NCBI GenBank assembly: GCA_045636665.1
Contig: JAZTXY010000087.1
Span: forward strand, 1 to 36,261
Direction of reading: 5' to 3'
Length of the DNA: 36,261 nucleotides
Origin: Eubacteriales bacterium
Lineage (GTDB): Bacteria > Bacillota > Clostridia > Oscillospirales > CAG-382
Of this stretch, positions 33,929-36,261 are shown piece after piece. Each line of letters starts with the position of its first letter. The first letter of the stretch is position 1. Under the pieces are notes generated by a model. That model did no database searches. It was given only the letters and a program-made list of their open reading frames with translations, and was not told where the DNA came from. Position numbers and translations under genes: made by a program.

Positions 33929-36259
33929 TCATTTGACCGCAATGTTTTTGTCGCCCATAAGCTCTTTTAACTGTATAAGCAGTCTTTCGGTAATATGAGC
34001 CGACCTGCCCTTTGCGGCGGTAAGACGTTTTTCGTCTTCGAAATAGACCAAAATGCGCGAATTGCCCGACTTTTGCGATGCAAGCTCAAGCGCATCCTCG
34101 AAAGCCGAAGCGTTTTCGGCGGTCACCTTAATATAAAGCGATTGTGCGGTATTGCCCGAATCGGTTTTTTCTTCGGGCTTAACGCTGTTTTTATTTTCGC
34201 CGCTACCGTTGTAGGGCTGTTTTTTTGTTTGCGGTCTGTTTTGCGCTTCCTTCAACGCTTCTTCGGGCGTGCAGACCGATTTTAAAAGCACGGTTATATG
34301 CTCTGCGCCTTCTTCACCGAAGGTTTCGCTGATTTCGGGGTTGCCGCTAAAAACGAGTACCTTGTTTTCGGAAATAAGCTCTCCGCTTGTCGTGTAAAGC
34401 GTGGGGAAGCATATCAATTCCGCCTCTCCGCTTTCGTCTTCTGCGGTGATGAAAGCCATTATATCATTCTTTTTGGTAATTTTCGAGCGTTTTTTTGTTA
34501 CAAGACCGATAAATTTTATTAACGAATTCTTTTTTAAGCTTCCGTTTTCCAAGCCCGACCTTATCTGCTCTGCGGTAAGCGAACCGATTTGCTCCTGCAC
34601 GTCGCGGTATCCGTCAAGCGGATGGCCCGAAAAATAAAGTCCGGTCATCTCCTTTTCGCCCTTAAGCATTTCGCTCTTTAGCAATTCGGGAAGGTTCGAA
34701 GCGGGGTATTCGAAAACGCTTTCCTCAACCGCCATTCCGTTTCCGAAAAGCGACATTTGTCCTTCGGCATTGCGGTTGCGGTCCTTTGTTACTGTTTCAA
34801 GCGCCTTGGACAGCCCTGCGAGCATTTGGCTTCGCGGCATACCGAATTCGTCCAAAGCTCCTGCCGTTATAAGAGATTCAAAGGTCTTGATGCTTCCGAA
34901 TTGCGCGCATCTCGAAATGAAATCCTCAAGCGACGAAAAACGCTTTCTTCTTCGCTCGTTGATTATCTTGTCGGCAAAAAGCGCGCCGACGTTTTTGATT
35001 GCGGCAAGACCGAAACGAAGGTTTTGACCCTCGACCGAGAAGCTGCCGAAGCTTTCGTTAACGGTGGGCGCAAGAATTTTTATTCCCATTCTCGCACAGT
35101 CGGCAATATATTCGCCGACCTTTTCGTTATAGCCCATAACCGTGTTAAGCAACGAGCACATATATTCACGCGGATAGTGGCATTTAAGCCAAGCTGTGCG
35201 GTATGCAACGACGGCATAAGCGGCGGCGTGGCTTTTGTTAAACGCGTATTTCGCAAATTCGCTCATCTTGTCGAAAACCGACTCGGCGCTTTGACGCGGT
35301 ATACCGTTCTTTTCGGCGCCCGAAAGGAAAATATCCTTTTCCTTTGCCATAACCTCGGGCTTTTTCTTCGCCATCGCGCGGCGAACGATGTCCGCTCTGC
35401 CATAGGAATAGCCTGCCATGGTACGGCATATCTGCATAACCTGCTCCTGATAAAGCATAACACCGCAGGTCGGAGCAAGTATTTCTTTTAAGCATTCGTG
35501 GTCGTATTGCGTTTTTTCGGGGTTGATGCGGTTACGCAAAAACGAGTCTATCGAAAGCGCGGGACCGGGACGGTAAAGCGAAATTACCGAAATAATATCC
35601 TCAAGATTCTTCGGCTTTAATTTTGTGAGCAGATTTCGCATACCTTCGCTTTCAAGCTGGAATATGCCGATAGCGTGTCCCTCGGAAAGCATTTCATAGG
35701 TTGCGTTATCGTCAAGCAGTAACGCCTCTGCCGAAAAATCGGGTATTTGTTTTTTGATTTGCGCTTCCGTGCCTTGAATAATGGAAAGGAAGCGAAGTCC
35801 CAAAAAGTCCATTTTCAAAAGCCCAAGGTCTGCAACGGTGTTCATCGGGAATTGCGTTACCGTTGCGTTGTCGTTGAGCGCAAGGGGGAGATAATTCGTA
35901 AGCGGCTCGTCGGTGATTACAACGCCCGATGCGTGCGTGCTCGCGTTGCGAGGACGTCCTTCGAGCTTTGCCGCATAATCGATAAGCCGTTTTGCGGCAG
36001 GGTCGTTATCGACTCTCTGCTTTAATTCGGGGTTTTCCTTAAGCGCCGATTCAAGCGTAACGTCAAGATAGCGCGGTATCATCTTCGCAATTTCGTCGAC
36101 GGATGAATAGCTCATACCCAACGCTCTGCCCGCATCGCGCACCGCCTGACGGCAAGCAAGCTTACCGAAGGTGATTATCTGTGCAACGTGAGTTTTGCCG
36201 TATTTTGATGCGACGTAATCGATAACCTCTCCGCGTCTTTCGTCGGAAAAGTCGATATC
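33929..36259 (-). CDS. dnaE: DNA polymerase III alpha subunit (5'-truncated by window edge)
   Basis: Frame is open to the edge (DIDFSDERRGEVI…). Motifs HASGVVI, KMDFLGL, GIFQLES, LYRPGP, YQEQVM, YAFNKSHAAAY, RFGL.AIK.VG, G.Y.SGHPL and OB fold. Confidence 0.97.
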   Translation of the reverse strand, partial: DIDFSDERRGEVIDYVASKYGKTHVAQIITFGKLACRQAVRDAGRALGMSYSSVDEIAKMIPRYLDVTLESALKENPELKQRVDNDPAAKRLIDYAAKLEGRPRNASTHASGVVITDEPLTNYLPLALNDNATVTQFPMNTVADLGLLKMDFLGLRFLSIIQGTEAQIKKQIPDFSAEALLLDDNATYEMLSEGHAIGIFQLESEGMRNLLTKLKPKNLEDIISVISLYRPGPALSIDSFLRNRINPEKTQYDHECLKEILAPTCGVMLYQEQVMQICRTMAGYSYGRADIVRRAMAKKKPEVMAKEKDIFLSGAEKNGIPRQSAESVFDKMSEFAKYAFNKSHAAAYAVVAYRTAWLKCHYPREYMCSLLNTVMGYNEKVGEYIADCARMGIKILAPTVNESFGSFSVEGQNLRFGLAAIKNVGALFADKIINERRRKRFSSLEDFISRCAQFGSIKTFESLITAGALDEFGMPRSQMLAGLSKALETVTKDRNRNAEGQMSLFGNGMAVEESVFEYPASNLPELLKSEMLKGEKEMTGLYFSGHPLDGYRDVQEQIGSLTAEQIRSGLENGSLKKNSLIKFIGLVTKKRSKITKKNDIMAFITAEDESGEAELICFPTLYTTSGELISENKVLVFSGNPEISETFGEEGAEHITVLLKSVCTPEEALKEAQNRPQTKKQPYNGSGENKNSVKPEEKTDSGNTAQSLYIKVTAENASAFEDALELASQKSGNSRILVYFEDEKRLTAAKGRSAHITERLLIQLKELMGDKNIAVK

Positions 36260-36261
36260 AA

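Noticed and set aside
33929..36259. Intein or intron in dnaE
   Set aside because: Motifs are colinear at normal spacing in the visible part, with no large insertion or splice motifs.

Overview
A mostly housekeeping chromosomal segment from a moderate-GC Firmicute, most likely Clostridia (Oscillospirales/Ruminococcaceae-like, inferred from the dockerin, sigma-A promoters and gene content). Left to right: (1) a pgeF(partial)-yhaO/yhaN-like nuclease/ATPase-recG-dusB operon; (2) psd, a DUF4855-like protein and a dockerin-bearing secreted repeat protein; (3) two small minus-strand genes around a long rod-like hairpin; (4) yqgF/ruvX; (5) an AT-richer hypothetical membrane protein next to tRNA-Pro(CGG); (6) a five-gene NAD operon (nrtR, pncA, prs-like, NAMPT-like, nadE); (7) two lipoproteins sharing a duplicated promoter and signal-peptide cassette; (8) a ClC transporter and a transglutaminase-like lipoprotein; (9) perR-like/rubrerythrin; (10) ygiQ and a VOC gene; (11) a roughly 350-bp highly structured non-coding insert; (12) a class A PBP and the 3' part of dnaE. 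The best candidate for a new system is the NAD operon. It has a PRS-like plus NAMPT-like pair like the phage NARP1 (Adps/Namat) pathway. However, the NAMPT-like enzyme appears to lack the nicotinamide-selecting Asp, the pair is flanked by PncA and NadE, and no adenylyltransferase is present. This suggests a possible deamidated, NadD-independent route from ADP-ribose to NAD. All family assignments come from motif recognition by eye; no searches were run.
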